Assembly: GCA_030324005.1 (NCBI GenBank)
Contig: JARDVH010000110.1
Span: forward strand, 31,928,740 to 31,992,739
Length of the DNA: 64,000 bases
Direction of reading: 5' to 3'
Origin: Negaprion brevirostris
Lineage: Eukaryota
Part shown: one piece after another, positions 63,500 to 64,000 of the stretch
How positions within the stretch are numbered: position 1 is the first letter of the stretch
Layout: each line of letters opens with the position of its first letter
Translations under genes and position numbers: made by a program
Notes under the pieces: generated by a model
The model's input: only the letters and a program-made list of their open reading frames with translations
Database searches by the model: none
What the model was told of the DNA's origin: nothing

Positions 63500-64000
63500 A
63501 TTTTTTTCAATTCATTCGAAGGATGTGGGCTTCACTGGCTAATCCAGCATTTATTGCCCATCACTAACTGCCCTTGAGAAGGTGGTGGTGCCCTGCCTTC
63601 TTGAACCGCTGCAGTCCATGTGGTATAGGTACAGCCACAGTACTGTTCTTCTCTGAAGGAGTGCTCTTCCTTCGTATGCTTGAAAATAGTGATTGTAACC
63701 TGTTCTGAGTCTCCTGTGGTTAGTTTGCAGGAAATCAGCAATAACAGGAGGGAGCTGCAGGATTTTGACTCAGCTACAGTGAAGGAATGGCCAATATGTT
63801 TCCAAGTCAGGATGGTGAATGACTTGGAGAGGAACACCCTTCGAGAACTTCAAGTCCTTCGAAATGGTAGTGGACATGGGATTGGAAGGTACCACCTAAG
63901 AAGCCTTTGTGAGTTCTTGCAGTGCATCTTGGAGATGGTAAGCACTGCTACTACTGTGCATCAGCGATGGTGGGAGTGAATGTTCATGCATGGTGTACCA
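63500..64000 (-). mobile_element. CR1-like LINE 3' end, running off the window
   Basis: CAGCATTTATTGCCCATC...GCCCTTGAGAAGGTGGTGGTG...CTTGAACCGCTGCAGTCC; same family as 7096-7970. Confidence 0.75.

Noticed and set aside
1-64000. CRISPR arrays, operons or other prokaryotic systems
   Set aside because: The DNA is vertebrate, with SINE/LINE content and microRNAs. There is no regularly spaced repeat-spacer array and no long ORF.

Overview
Vertebrate genomic DNA from a draft assembly with 11 N-gaps. It is most likely a shark or other elasmobranch, inferred from HE1-like V-SINEs, DeuSINEs and CR1, Rex1, RTE, L2 and Penelope relics. I can support no intact protein-coding gene: the ORFs I could recognise are decayed transposon fragments. 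The clear functional content is the smooth-muscle microRNA cluster on the minus strand, miR-143 (~26465-26540) and miR-145 (~23660-23745), about 2.7 kb apart. Both arms of each match the vertebrate mature sequences as I recall them, so the window is probably the CARMN/MIR143HG-orthologous locus. Most interesting inferences: a minus-strand splice pattern in which pre-miR-143 sits in a 170-nt exon while a 3' splice site falls 1 nt before the 5' end of miR-145-5p; perfect CArG boxes upstream; a Penelope hammerhead ribozyme motif next to a 36-bp fold-back hairpin; and an ~86% identical inverted repeat pair 3.1 kb apart. All identifications are by eye and from memory, and repeat boundaries are approximate.
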